A stretch of DNA of 64,000 bases, from NCBI GenBank assembly GCA_020137815.1, contig CM035351.1:8928001-8992000 (forward strand), written 5' to 3'. The notes beneath the pieces are model-generated. The model did no database searches, was not told the DNA's origin, and saw only the letters and a program-made list of their open reading frames with translations. Made by a program: the position numbers and the translations under genes. Shown here piece by piece: positions 25,930 through 37,400 of the stretch (within the stretch, counting starts at the first letter, position 1; each line of letters begins with the position of its first letter). The stretch is from Hormiphora californensis. Taxonomy: Eukaryota > Animalia > Ctenophora.

Positions 25930-26475
25930 TTAAGATGGTCTATGGTAGGATTTCTGTTCCGCCTCTTCCCGGGATGAGGTCTTGTGTCGGGTTCTCAGTT
26001 CAGGCTTGGCAAAGGCACACACCAGGCAATCCAGACTGCAGGGCCTCTCATCGTGTCTGTGTTGTGGTTCGGACTGAGCCTGGTGTCGGGAGGCAAGATG
26101 GGTCACGGCTGTCAGTTGAACCCTGGCTGGTGCTCTAGGCGGAGAGGGTGGAGTAGTAGGGCTGGTTGTAGGGCTGGTTGTTGGGGATGTAGTCTTCCTC
26201 TTCTTCAATAGGTTTCTGTGTTTCTTGGTCCTGGGTGGTGCTTTGGGCACGTTGATCTCCGAGATGTGAACTGGGATTGTAGTGATATGGAGAGGGGTGG
26301 TACGGGGCTCGTATCGGTCCACAGGGGTGGGTGAGAGGTCCAGTCCGTTAGGGGTAGAGGTCTTCCCAGGCATTCCTACAGCAGGAAGGGAGTGGAGGAG
26401 GGTAGGTTCCATAGAGAGAACTCGGACAGGGTAACAGCAGGCAGTTGATCGGCGGAGACGCTGGAAGAATTTCAT
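25930..26475 (-). CDS. Intronless 181-aa ORF of unknown function (Pro/Thr-rich, basic patch, CSLDCLVC)
   Basis: ATG-to-stop ORF with coding-like composition. No family recognised. Confidence 0.45.
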   Translation of the reverse strand: MKFFQRLRRSTACCYPVRVLSMEPTLLHSLPAVGMPGKTSTPNGLDLSPTPVDRYEPRTTPLHITTIPVHISEINVPKAPPRTKKHRNLLKKRKTTSPTTSPTTSPTTPPSPPRAPARVQLTAVTHLASRHQAQSEPQHRHDERPCSLDCLVCAFAKPELRTRHKTSSREEAEQKSYHRPS

Positions 26476-27244
26476 CTTGTAGTGTTGGAGATGTAGTAGT
26501 TGGAGTAATTGATGGATGGTTGGGAATATTGGAAGAGAGTTTTGATCCCCTTTTGTATCACACCATTAGGAATGTTGTTAGCAAGGATGTTATCTGATAC
26601 GGGGCGTGATTAGAGACACACACAATGCACGCCTGCACGATACGTGATATGAGAACTGTGTAGTATGGGGGATCATCTGTATCAGCTGGGATCACGTGTC
26701 GGGAAAGAGTGAACAAGATCAAGGGAAACATAAACAGTGGGTGGTATTTCACTGGAAATTGAGTTCAGGTGTCGCATGAAAGTACCGAAAGTACAGGGCA
26801 GTCTGGGACAAATCACTAAATCACTGCATCAAATTAAATCACAATGTTTTACTATTCCAGGTCGTGGTTGGGCCCGGAGTCACAGAGCAACACAACAAAT
26901 CTCTATTCAATCTGAAATTAACACACTATCTGATACTGGTAGTGGTACGTGACCCATACAACCCTGTTTAATTCATGTTTAATTCCACTATCTGGGTTTA
27001 AGTGAAATCGTTAGTCGGCACAAGTAGTAAACCAATGGGAAAGCTCCAAACTCAGCGGGGCCTGGTGGCGGCAACAAGCAAATCGAAAAGGACATTTTAA
27101 TCACGCAAAAAAATTTAACTTGCAATTCCACTCTGCGTTCACTTCACTAGTTCTTTCTCTCTCAGCCAATCTCTATCTCTCTCTCTATCTTACTCTTTCT
27201 CTCTCTCTCTCTCTCAGCCAATCTCAATCTCTCTCTCTCTCTCT

Positions 27245-27346
<102 letters not shown>

Positions 27347-27899
27347 GTTTGCTTCTTCTCAAACTTTTTCGTGTTTACTCTCGTTACGTCATGAGATGCA
27401 GTTAGAGTGATGGCAGTATCACATGGGGGGGGGGGGATCAAGTATGAGATCCATGTGAACTAGCTCTACCATTCCAGAACATGGTAGTCACGCTCTACGA
27501 TTAGAGAACGCAAACTAGTTTAAACTTTTCAATTTAGGTTCCATTTAGTTATAGAAAGCCCGTATACACATTACACCCGGTGCTGCAGAACCCAAGAATG
27601 AAACCACTCATCTCCAGCCTCCCCAGTCGAACAGATGTAAAGCTAAACACTTGTTGAGTAACAACAACTAAACACAGTAGTCAGTAAACTAAACACAGTA
27701 GTGACAAGAAGTGGGACAACCATCGACCCCCGATACATGACGACTTGAAACAGCATCATTGATAAACAGTACCGCAATGAAAGAGTGCTTGTAAAACAGT
27801 GGATAATCGTACACAATTAGATTGACTGAGGTCAATTGTGGTTTTTGGAGCAGTAACCTCACATTAGTCTCTCTCTCAACCTCTCATTCTTTCTCTCTC

Positions 27900-27951
<52 letters not shown>

Positions 27952-29108
27952 ACCGCACGCACGCATAGTTTTGCTTGTTAATGTTCAGTTTAAAGTAGGA
28001 CTAGGAAGGAGAGAGAGAGTCCTCATGTTGAAATGAAGTAGCGATTGAACGAATACTAAACGAAACTACGCACTTGCATCGGCTTCTCGAAGACAATATT
28101 GCTGACTTCAGAATGATTTACAAGGCATTTATGAACTGGCAATGAAATGGTACAGGTCTGGACAAACCCCCGTCCGAGTGTCTCAAGAGATCACTAGGTT
28201 GCAGAAGAGTCTGTAATGATTACAGTCGAAGTAATCATGGGGGGAATGTTGTAGAACAATCTCCCATGCTCTAATCTCCCCTAATGGAACAGAGGGGACA
28301 GATAGGTGTGGGATAATGCTTGCAAAATGGAGACACAACATGTTAGTTGTTACCAGGTCCCAGGAGAGAGTGTGGCATGGACCCATCAAATCACCCCCAT
28401 CTCCCGGCTCCAATCCAACTTGTCTGTTTGTTCGTTTGTTCTGTAATTAGGCCAAGGGTTTTGAAGATTAAGATTTTGGAAGTTACTTAGCATGTTTTGG
28501 GGTGACGGGGGCACATGTTTATACTCCTCGCCCATACGGCCCTGTCTATCTATTAACTCCTAGTTAGAATCCTACTCTCGAATCCCTCTCATGTACCATG
28601 ATAGAGGAGGGAGCTGCAGGGGTGATTATTATACAGATCTGTCAGTGTGCGAGACAGTGTAACTGTCGCCATATTATTACTTTTTGTAATCTGTTTTACT
28701 TTATCTGATTTAAAAGTTTCGTGCCTAAATTTGAAAGTCAAGGAAGAAGGAAAGGTGTGCGGGCAGAGAGACAGAGGGACAGAGAGTGTGAGGGGTATTA
28801 TAATACTGAGAGAGGGATTAAAGTTGAGAGACTGCAGCTGTCTGGCACCGCCACACCCCGTTTCGATTCTGAGGCGACATAGTGCTGAGATCGGATGTTG
28901 CAACAATATTTCCCACACACGGCCACTCTAACTTTTGTTTAACACTTTCCATTTTATTCCTTTAACCATCGGCCCATCCCTACATTCTTTCACAGTCCTT
29001 TATCCTTATCTTTACTCTTTCACTCTGAGTGGATAGTTAAAGATACCAGGGATGGATAGTGAAAGATTGTGGGCGGGGACCAGAGTTCGTTGCTCTTGCG
29101 AGGATTCG

Positions 29109-29240
29109 TGTCACGTGATGCTGTCAGCTAATCAGAGGCCTGCATTGTCACGTGATGCTGTCAGCCAATCAGAGACCTGCATTGTTCGTGCGTGACTCAA
29201 TCACGCGGCCAGGCATCGCCCGAAGTGAAGGCGGGAAAGG
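29109..29240 (+). promoter_or_regulatory. Probable Pol II promoter: two 37-bp direct repeats, each with an E-box (TCACGTGA) and CCAAT-like box, then GGCGGGAA and a pyrimidine-rich first exon
   Basis: TGTCACGTGATGCTGTCAGC(T/C)AATCAGAG at 29109 and 29146; GGCGGGAA at 29231; donor AG|GTGAGT at 29291/29292. Confidence 0.6.
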
Positions 29241-29322
29241 TTCATTTCCTGTGTTCCTCATTTCCAATCCTCATCTCTCTCTTATCACAAGGTGAGTCCT
29301 GGCTATTTGCTTAGTTTCTCCT

Positions 29323-29446
29323 TTCCGGGAAAACCAAACAATCCATCCCTGATGCGGTACGCTACATCCGGCAGAGATTATCCTTTTGTCTCCTCAAAAC
29401 TCTCATCGTCAGCCTCCGGGGTTACCGAGGGAAGACTATTACACCA
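29323..29446 (+). ncRNA. Candidate intronic box H/ACA snoRNA
   Basis: Hairpin (TCCGG..CCGG), box H AGATTA at 29375-29380, hairpin (GTCTCCTC..GAGGGAAGAC), ACA at 29441-29443. Confidence 0.5.
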
Positions 29447-29574
29447 TACTATTCAAGTAGTATAGATATTAATTTATTGTATGTTTAATTTATTACCACA
29501 GTGTGCTTATATATAATTTGATTGTTATCCGTATAATTTTAAACCTCTTTTCCCTCTTAAAATTTGCTTAGTTT

Positions 29575-29684
29575 TTTACCCTTGGCCTTGTCAGGCCAAT
29601 TATTCTGTGACGGCGGTTCTAGCGCTAAAAGAAATGATATTAGGATCAGGCCTGATCTGTGTGTTACCCTGATATCCTACATTT
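29575..29684 (+). ncRNA. Candidate intronic box H/ACA snoRNA
   Basis: ANANNA hinge at about 29627, hairpin TAGGATCAGG..CCTGATATCCTA, ACA at 29679-29681. Confidence 0.45.
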
Positions 29685-30224
29685 GCTAATTTGCTTGAAT
29701 ATCTTTTAACATTGTTCTCTCTCTCAGATATCCTGTACATGTTTTGAGAGATCCTACTACTGTGTTGCTACTACCCAGCCCACCACTCCCAGCTGTAACA
29801 TCCCATCCAGCAACAATAAGGTAAGTGATAAATTAAGACAACTCAAGAAACTTTATTTTATTTCTATCTAAAATTGATAATCCAGTGGTGGCGGAACTGG
29901 GGGCATACATTGGTGACTAAATTGTATTCTAAATCCTTCAATCTCTCGCTAACACCGTCCTCTCAGGAGTTGTAAGAGGATATTGGTGAAGAGGATTTAA
30001 AAAGGAAAAGAGGAGACATTATTTGAGGATTTCTCGAGGATCTGTGGAGGATGTTGGACGTTTGTATCTTTGTGTCTCTACGAACAAGGTGAGAAACACT
30101 CTAGGGGGGGGGTCTTGATATCAATCCTGTCCTTCCTACAGTTAATTCACATTGGCCCACTGTGGGGGTACATTATTATGGCCACTGTGGGGGTACATTG
30201 CCTTATTGCACTTAGAATGAACTG

Positions 30225-30334
30225 TTGGGTCCCGGGTGCAACTTCCCTCTCGTAGTAGGATCAGATCCATATTCCCATAATAAGAATGCTTGTGTTCTGA
30301 ACTGTGAGAATCTATGCTGTATTCAATAACATGA
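30225..30334 (+). ncRNA. Candidate intronic box H/ACA snoRNA
   Basis: TGGG..CCCA hairpin, ATAATA hinge, GAATG..TATTC hairpin, ACA at 30329-30331. Confidence 0.35.
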
Positions 30335-30401
30335 CCTTGCGTTATACGTCAAGCAACCTTTGGTGTATGTTTTGGCGGTAACCAGCCGATGACCAAGCAT
30401 A

Positions 30402-31155
30402 GGGTAAGCTGGGGTGAAATGGCCCGCGGGGTAAAGTGGCCCATGTATGGGGCAAAGTGGCCTTAGTTATTACATGTGGTCACGTGACTTTTTCTCCAGC
30501 GGAGACCTGCTCGTTCTGTTCCGAATTTTCGCTTTAAAACTGCTGTCATTTCTGTTTGGGTTGGCCGATTTTAATTTTGCAAAAACTGCCAGTTAGGCTT
30601 TACAATCCTCTAAAACGTGGTATAAAAATTTTTGAAGAAATTGGCATTTTTGTTGTCTTAATTGTCAATTTTGTGAAATCGGGGCGAATATGGCCCACTC
30701 TCCGGGGCAAAGTGGTCCGGTCTGGGGCAAAGTGGCCCACCTCTAGGACCAATGAAATGGCGCCTGCAATACCACGTGATATTGGAATGCACAAAAATGT
30801 AGTACAGACGATCAAATTAGGGGCAAAGTGGCCCATGTTCCGGTGCAGAACATGGGCCACTTTGCCCCTAGTTTGATCGTTTCGTCTAACAACACCAGGC
30901 ACGTGATAAAATCGAGCAATGCTATTGGCTTGGGCCACTTTGCCCCGGTGCAAATTTTCCAAAAAACGCCTCACCAAACTATTTGAATTGATTAATTAAC
31001 CCATTAAATAAAACTTGTAGATATTAAAATTTAGCTCGGCTGAAAGGAAAAGGTTTCATTGGATAGCCTATATAATTTTTTTCTTCCTGCTGTATAAATT
31101 GCGTATTTTAGAACCTAAAACGTTAAAAGTGGGCCACTTTTACCCCAGCTTACCC
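30402..31155. mobile_element. MITE with TA target duplication (Tc1/mariner/pogo-type) and GGGGCAAAGTGGCCC subterminal repeats
   Basis: TA|GGGTAAGCTGGGGT...ACCCCAGCTTACCC|TA, with multiple internal GGGGCAAAGTGGCC motifs in both orientations. Confidence 0.85.
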
Positions 31156-31445
31156 TACATATCCAAACATCGGTTGTGGGGATGGTATCCAATTGAGGAT
31201 GTGATTCAAGAATGGGAATGATTTGGTATCGGTGCTCGCATGCCATAACACCTGTGTTCAACTTTTTATGGCAATATGGATCTGTCCAACTGTCTTGCGT
31301 CTAATAGGATGGGGGTGTTGAATCTTTGGTCGTTACCCGACAGGTCTCTTACCATGTTGCACTTGGCTGCTGGAGGGTTATTTGCTGTTCTCTTTTTCAA
31401 ATTGGGGTTATCGGTACTTTTTATGTCAATTTTTTACTATGTCAT

Positions 31446-34400
31446 TGTCAATTGTCCTTGACCCCCAAAGTTATTAACCCGGGTGTTACTCATCAAATCT
31501 GAGCATAGCAGTTGTCGCTGCGCCCAGTTAACTCGATAACTGGTTAAAATGTAGACAGTAGATTAGTATAACAGAGCTGCCAATTATATGATCAATATAC
31601 GTTAGTAGTTAATATATTCAAAATTTCTGATGTTCGAGATGTCCAATTGGCTGGGTTGGACCGTTTTTGGCTTGAAATGTTGTAGCAGTCCTAGCACCTG
31701 CAGCTGTGTGACTGGCTCCGGACTGTCTGTTATGACTTATCAAGGTCTGCCGAAATCATTTCCTAATTCTAATTCACACATACTGTTATAGTGGGCTATT
31801 GTCGGCCGTCAACTGACTTTAGCTTCCTGTTTTGGTGTGCTTTAGAATTTGGAAGTGATTTAATAGGAACTTGGTAGGTCATAGCACCTGTATTTTGTCT
31901 GTAGTGAGATGAGTTATTTTTTTGTGTTCTGCCCCCTGGGCACTCTGGGTTTATAAACACTAAGCAGTCAAGGCCATGCGTTTAATTGAAGAAACTTCTC
32001 AAGTTCTGATTTCATTTACCTAACTCCCCCCCCCCAACCCCAGGTCCTTTGAGGTCAACATACCACGTTGCAGTTTGAACCGAAAACACTTGGAACCTAC
32101 AGAGCCTTGAACAACGGTATGTTATCTTAGCAGTTTGACAACACATTTTCTTCTAATTTGTCAACTTTTGAGTCACCCATGCAGCTCGCTTGGTCTCCAA
32201 CTATAGAATTGAAATGGATTACTGCAGGGGTATCCATGCACACTAGTAAGGCTGGCCTACTTGCACTAAACTTTCCATTTGATCTGTTGAAACTGTAATG
32301 GAGTTTCAGGCTACATTCTAAACTGCTCACCTGGTAGCCTTTCTTTGTGAAACCGTGAAGGGGTTTCCTGCATTATAATATTTAGAAGCACTGAATTTCT
32401 GGTTCATATGTCAATTGTCCTTGACCCCCAAAGTTATTAACCCGGGTGTTACTCACCAAATCTGAGCTTAGTGCAGTTGGATCGCTGCGCCCAGTTAACT
32501 CGATAACTGGTCAAAATATAGAAAGTAGATTGTAGATTTAAATCAGAGCTGCCAATTATATAATCAATATAAGTTAAGTAGTTAATATATTCAAAATTTC
32601 TGATGTTCGAGAGGTCCAATTGGCTGAATTGGACCGTTTTTGGCTTGAAATGTTGTAGCAGTCCTAGCACCTGCAGCTGTGTGACTGGCTCCGGGCCACG
32701 AGATCTTATGGCGAACTTCTGTTAACTGATGTATACCGCACACAATAATGGGAACGTACAAATGTAAAGTTAATGCTAAGCACAGAGAGCTTTGTTCGGC
32801 TGGATGTGTTCTGGTAATGCGTTGACAGCAGCGCATTGCCGGGGGCGGCAACACAAACTGGCGAGTAGTCGGGGCGATTGACAACCAAACCGGCTACTTG
32901 TAAAGACACGACGTGGTAGGTCCATTCTCCCGGGTCCGCCCAATAGTGGAGGTGGGATCGTCAATCGACCAGTCGGTAGGTTGGTTGGCGGTTCTGTGTC
33001 ACCAGCGCCGTTGGACTGTTGTTTGGGGTTCACCATAAGGGACAATGAGAAGCTTCACAACCTTCTACAGACTCCTAACGTCCCCCTCATTGTTCCCATT
33101 TGATATCAGTTATACACAGTAGTTTGCAAACCAAATATAGTGGGCTCTAGTCAAGTCGATTGTTGAAGTTATAAAATTTGGGAAATTAAAAGGCCGCCAA
33201 GTCCTGCACCTCTCCCACCTTAATTATCTTTGATGACAACCCCTAGTTAACAATGTATTTCTCTTCAACTAAACACCACCAGGACTTGGCACCAAGGCCA
33301 GGTGTTTAGTTGAAGAAGTCTTGATTCCATGTACCTAACTCCCCTCCCCCAACCCCAGGTCCTTTGAGGTCAACATACCACGCCGCTGTTTGAGTTGAAA
33401 ACACTTGGAACCTACAGAGCCTTGAACAACGGTATGTTATGATAGCAGTTTGACAGCACATTTTCTTCTAATTTGTCAACTTTTGAGTCACCCATGCAGC
33501 TCGCTTGGTCTCCAACTATAGAATTGAAATGGATTACTGCAGGGGTATCCATGCACACTAGTAAGGCTGGCCTACTTGCACTAAACTTTTTGATCTGTTG
33601 AAACTGTAATGGAGTTTCAGGCTACATTCTAAACTGCTCACCTGGTAGCCTTTCTTTGTGAAACCGTGAAGGGGTTTCCTGCATTATAATATTTAGAAGC
33701 ACTGAATTTCTGGTTCATATGTCAATTGTCCTTGACCCCCAAAGTTATTAACCCGGGTGTTACTCATCAAATCTGAGCACAGCAGTTGTCGCTGCACCCA
33801 GTTAACTCGATAACTGGTCAAAATATAGAAAGTAGATTGTAGATTTAAATCAGAGCTGACAATTATATAATCAATTATATAAGTTAAGTAGTTAATATAT
33901 TCAAAAATTCTGATATTCGAGAGGTCCAATTGACTGGATTGGACCGTTTTTGGCTTGAAATGTTGTAGCAGTCCTAGCACCTGCAGCTGTGTGACTGGCT
34001 CGGGCCAAGAGATCTTATGGCGAACTTCTGTTAACTGATGTTTACCGCACACAATAATGGGAACGTACAAATGTAAAGTTAATGCTAAGCACAGAGAGCT
34101 TTGTTCGGCTGGATGTGTTCTGGTAATGCGTTGACAGCAGCGCATTGCCGGGGGCGGCAACACAAACTGGCGAGTAGTCGGGGCGATTGACAACCAAACC
34201 GGCTACTTGTAAAGACACGACGTGGTAGGTCCATTCTCCCGGGTCCGCCCAATAGTGGAGGTGGGATCGTCAATCGACCAGTCGGTAGGTTGGTTGGCGG
34301 TTCTGTGTCACCAGCGCCGTTGGACTGTTGTTTGGGGTTCACCATAAGGGACAATGAGAAGCTTCACAACCTTCTACAGACTCCTAACGTCCCCCTCATT

Positions 34401-37400
34401 GTTCCCATTTGATATCAGTTATACACAGTAGTCTGCAAACCAAATATAGTAGGGTCTAATGAAGTCGATTGTTGAAGTTATAAAATTTGGGAAATTAAAA
34501 GGCCGCCGAGTCCTGCACCTCTCCCACCTTAATATCTTTGATGACAACCCCAAGTTAACAATGTATTTCTCTTCAACTAAACACCACCAGGACTTGGCAC
34601 CAAGGCCTGGTGTTTAGTTGAAGAAGTCTTGATTCCATGTACCTAACTCCCCTCCCCCAACCCCAGGTCCTTTGAGGTCAACATACCACGCCGCTGTTTG
34701 AGTTGAAAACACTTGGAACCTACAGAGCCTTGAACAACGGTATGTTATGATAGCAGTTTGACAGCACATTTTCTTCTAATTTGTCAACTTTTGAGTCACC
34801 CATGCAGCTCGCTTGGTCTCCAACTATAGAATTGAAATGGATTACTGCAGGGGTATCCATGCACACTAGTAAGGCTGGCCTACTTGCACTAAACTTTTTG
34901 ATCTGTTGAAACTGTAATGGAGTTTCAGGCTACATTCTAAACTGCTCACCTGGTAGCCTTTCTTTGTGAAACCGTGAAGGGGTTTCCTGCATTATAATAT
35001 TTAGAAGCACTGAATTTCTGGTTCATATGTCAATTGTCCTTGACCCCCAAAGTTATTAACCCGGGTGTTACTCACCAAATCTGAGCTTAGTGCAGTTGGA
35101 TCGCTGCGCCCAGTTAACTCGATAACTGGTCAAAATATAGAAAGTAGATTGTAGATTTAAATCAGAGCTGCCAATTATATAATCAATTATATAAGTTAAG
35201 TAGTTAATATATTCAAAAATTTCGATGTTCGAGAGGTCCAATTGGCTGAATTGGACCGTTTTTGGCTTGAAATGTTGTAGCAGTCCTAGCACCTGCAGCT
35301 GTGTGACTGGCTCGGGGCCACGAGATCTTATGGCGAACTTCTGTTAACTGATGTATACCGCACACAAAAATGGGAACGTACAAATGTAAAGTTAATGCTA
35401 AGCACAGAGAGCTTTGTTCGGCTGGATGTGTTCTGGTAATGCGTTGACAGCAGCGCATTGCCGGGGGCGGCAACACAAACTGGCGAGTAGTCGGGGCGAT
35501 TGACAACCAAACCGGCTACTTGTAAAGACACGACGTGGTAGGTCCATTCTCCCGGGTCCGCCCAATAGTGGAGGTGGGATCGTCAATCGACCAGTCGGTA
35601 GGTTGGTTGGCGGTTCTGTGTCACCAGCGCCGTTGGACTGTTGTTTGGGGTTCACCATAAGGGACAATGAGAAGCTTCACAACCTTCTACAGACTCCTAA
35701 CGTCCCCCTCATTGTTCCCATTTGATATCAGTTATACACAGTAGTCTGCAAACCAAATATAGTAGGGTCTAATGAAGTCGATTGTTGAAGTTATAAAATT
35801 TGGGAAATTAAAAGGCCGCCGAGTCCTGCACCTCTCCCACCTTAATATCTTTGATGACAACCACAAGTTAATAATGTGTTTCTCTTCAACTAAACACCAC
35901 CAGGACTTGGCACCAAGGCCTGGTGTTTAGTTGAAGAAGTCTTGATTCCATGTACCTAACTCCCCTCCCCCAACCCCAGGTCCTTTGAGGTCAACATACC
36001 ATGCCGCTGTTTGCGTTGAAAACACTTGGAACCTACAGAGCCTTGAACAACGGTATGTTATGATAGCAGTTTGACAGCACATTTTCTTCTAATTTGTCAA
36101 CTTTTGAGTCACCCATGCAGCTCGCTTGGTCTCCAACTATAGAATTGAAATGGATTACTGCAGGGGTATCCATGCACACTAGTAAGGCTGGCCTACTTGC
36201 ACTAAACTTTCCATTTGATCTGTTGAAACTGTAATGGAGTTTCAGGCTACATTCTAAACTGCTCACCTGGTAGCCTTTCTTTGTGAAACCGTGAAGGGGT
36301 TTCCTGCATTATAATATTTAGAAGCACTGAATTTCTGGTTCATATGTCAATTGTCCTTGACCCCCAAAGTTATTAACCCGGGTGTTACTCACCAAATCTG
36401 AGCTTAGTGCAGTTGTCGCTGCGCCCAGTTAACTCGATAACTGGTCAAAATATAGAAAGTAGATTGTAGATTTAAATCAGAGCTGACAATTATATAATCA
36501 ATATAAGTTAAGTAGTTAATATATTCAAAAATTCCGATGTTCGAGAGGTCCAATTGGCTGAATTGGACCGTTTTTGGCTTGAAATGTTGTAGCAGTCCTA
36601 GCACCTGCAGCTGTGTGACTGGCTCGGGGCCACGAGATCTTATGGCGAACTTCTGTTAACTGATGTATACCGCACACAAAAATGGGAACGTACAAATGTA
36701 AAGTTAATGCTAAGCACAGAGAGCTTTGTTCGGCTGGATGTGTTCTGGTAATGCGTTGACAGCAGCGCATTGCCGGGGGCGGCAACACAAACTGGCGAGT
36801 AGTCGGGGCGATTGACAACCAAACCGGCTACTTGTAAAGACACGACGTGGTAGGTCCATTCTCCCGGGTCCGCCCAATAGTGGAGATGGGATCGTCAATC
36901 GACCAGTCGGTAGGTTGGTTGGCGGTTCTGTGTCACCAGCGCCGTTGGACTGTTGTTTGGGGTTCACCATAAGGGACAATGAGAAGCTTCACAACCTTCT
37001 ACAGACTCCTAACGTCCCCCTCATTGTTCCCATTTGATATCAGTTATACACAGTAGTCTGCAAACCAAATATAGTAGGGTCTAATGAAGTCGATTGTTGA
37101 AGTTATAAAATTTGGGAAATTAAAAGGCCGCCGAGTCCTGCACCTCTCCCACCTTAATATCTTTGATGACAACCACAAGTTAACAATGTATTTCTCTTCA
37201 ACTAAACACCACCAGGACTTGGCACCAAGGCCAGGTGTTTAGTTGAAGAAGTCTTGATTCCATGTACCTAACTCCCCTCCCCCAACCCCAGGTCCTTTGA
37301 GGTCAACATTTACATACCACGCCGCTGCTTGGGTTGAAAACACTTGGAACCTACAGAGCCTTGAACAACGGTATGTTATGATAGCAGTTTGACAGCACAT

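Noticed and set aside
32438-32443. TAACCC as a telomerase template
   Set aside because: It is only one repeat unit with no alignment region, is buried in a stem, and has no adjacent pseudoknot.
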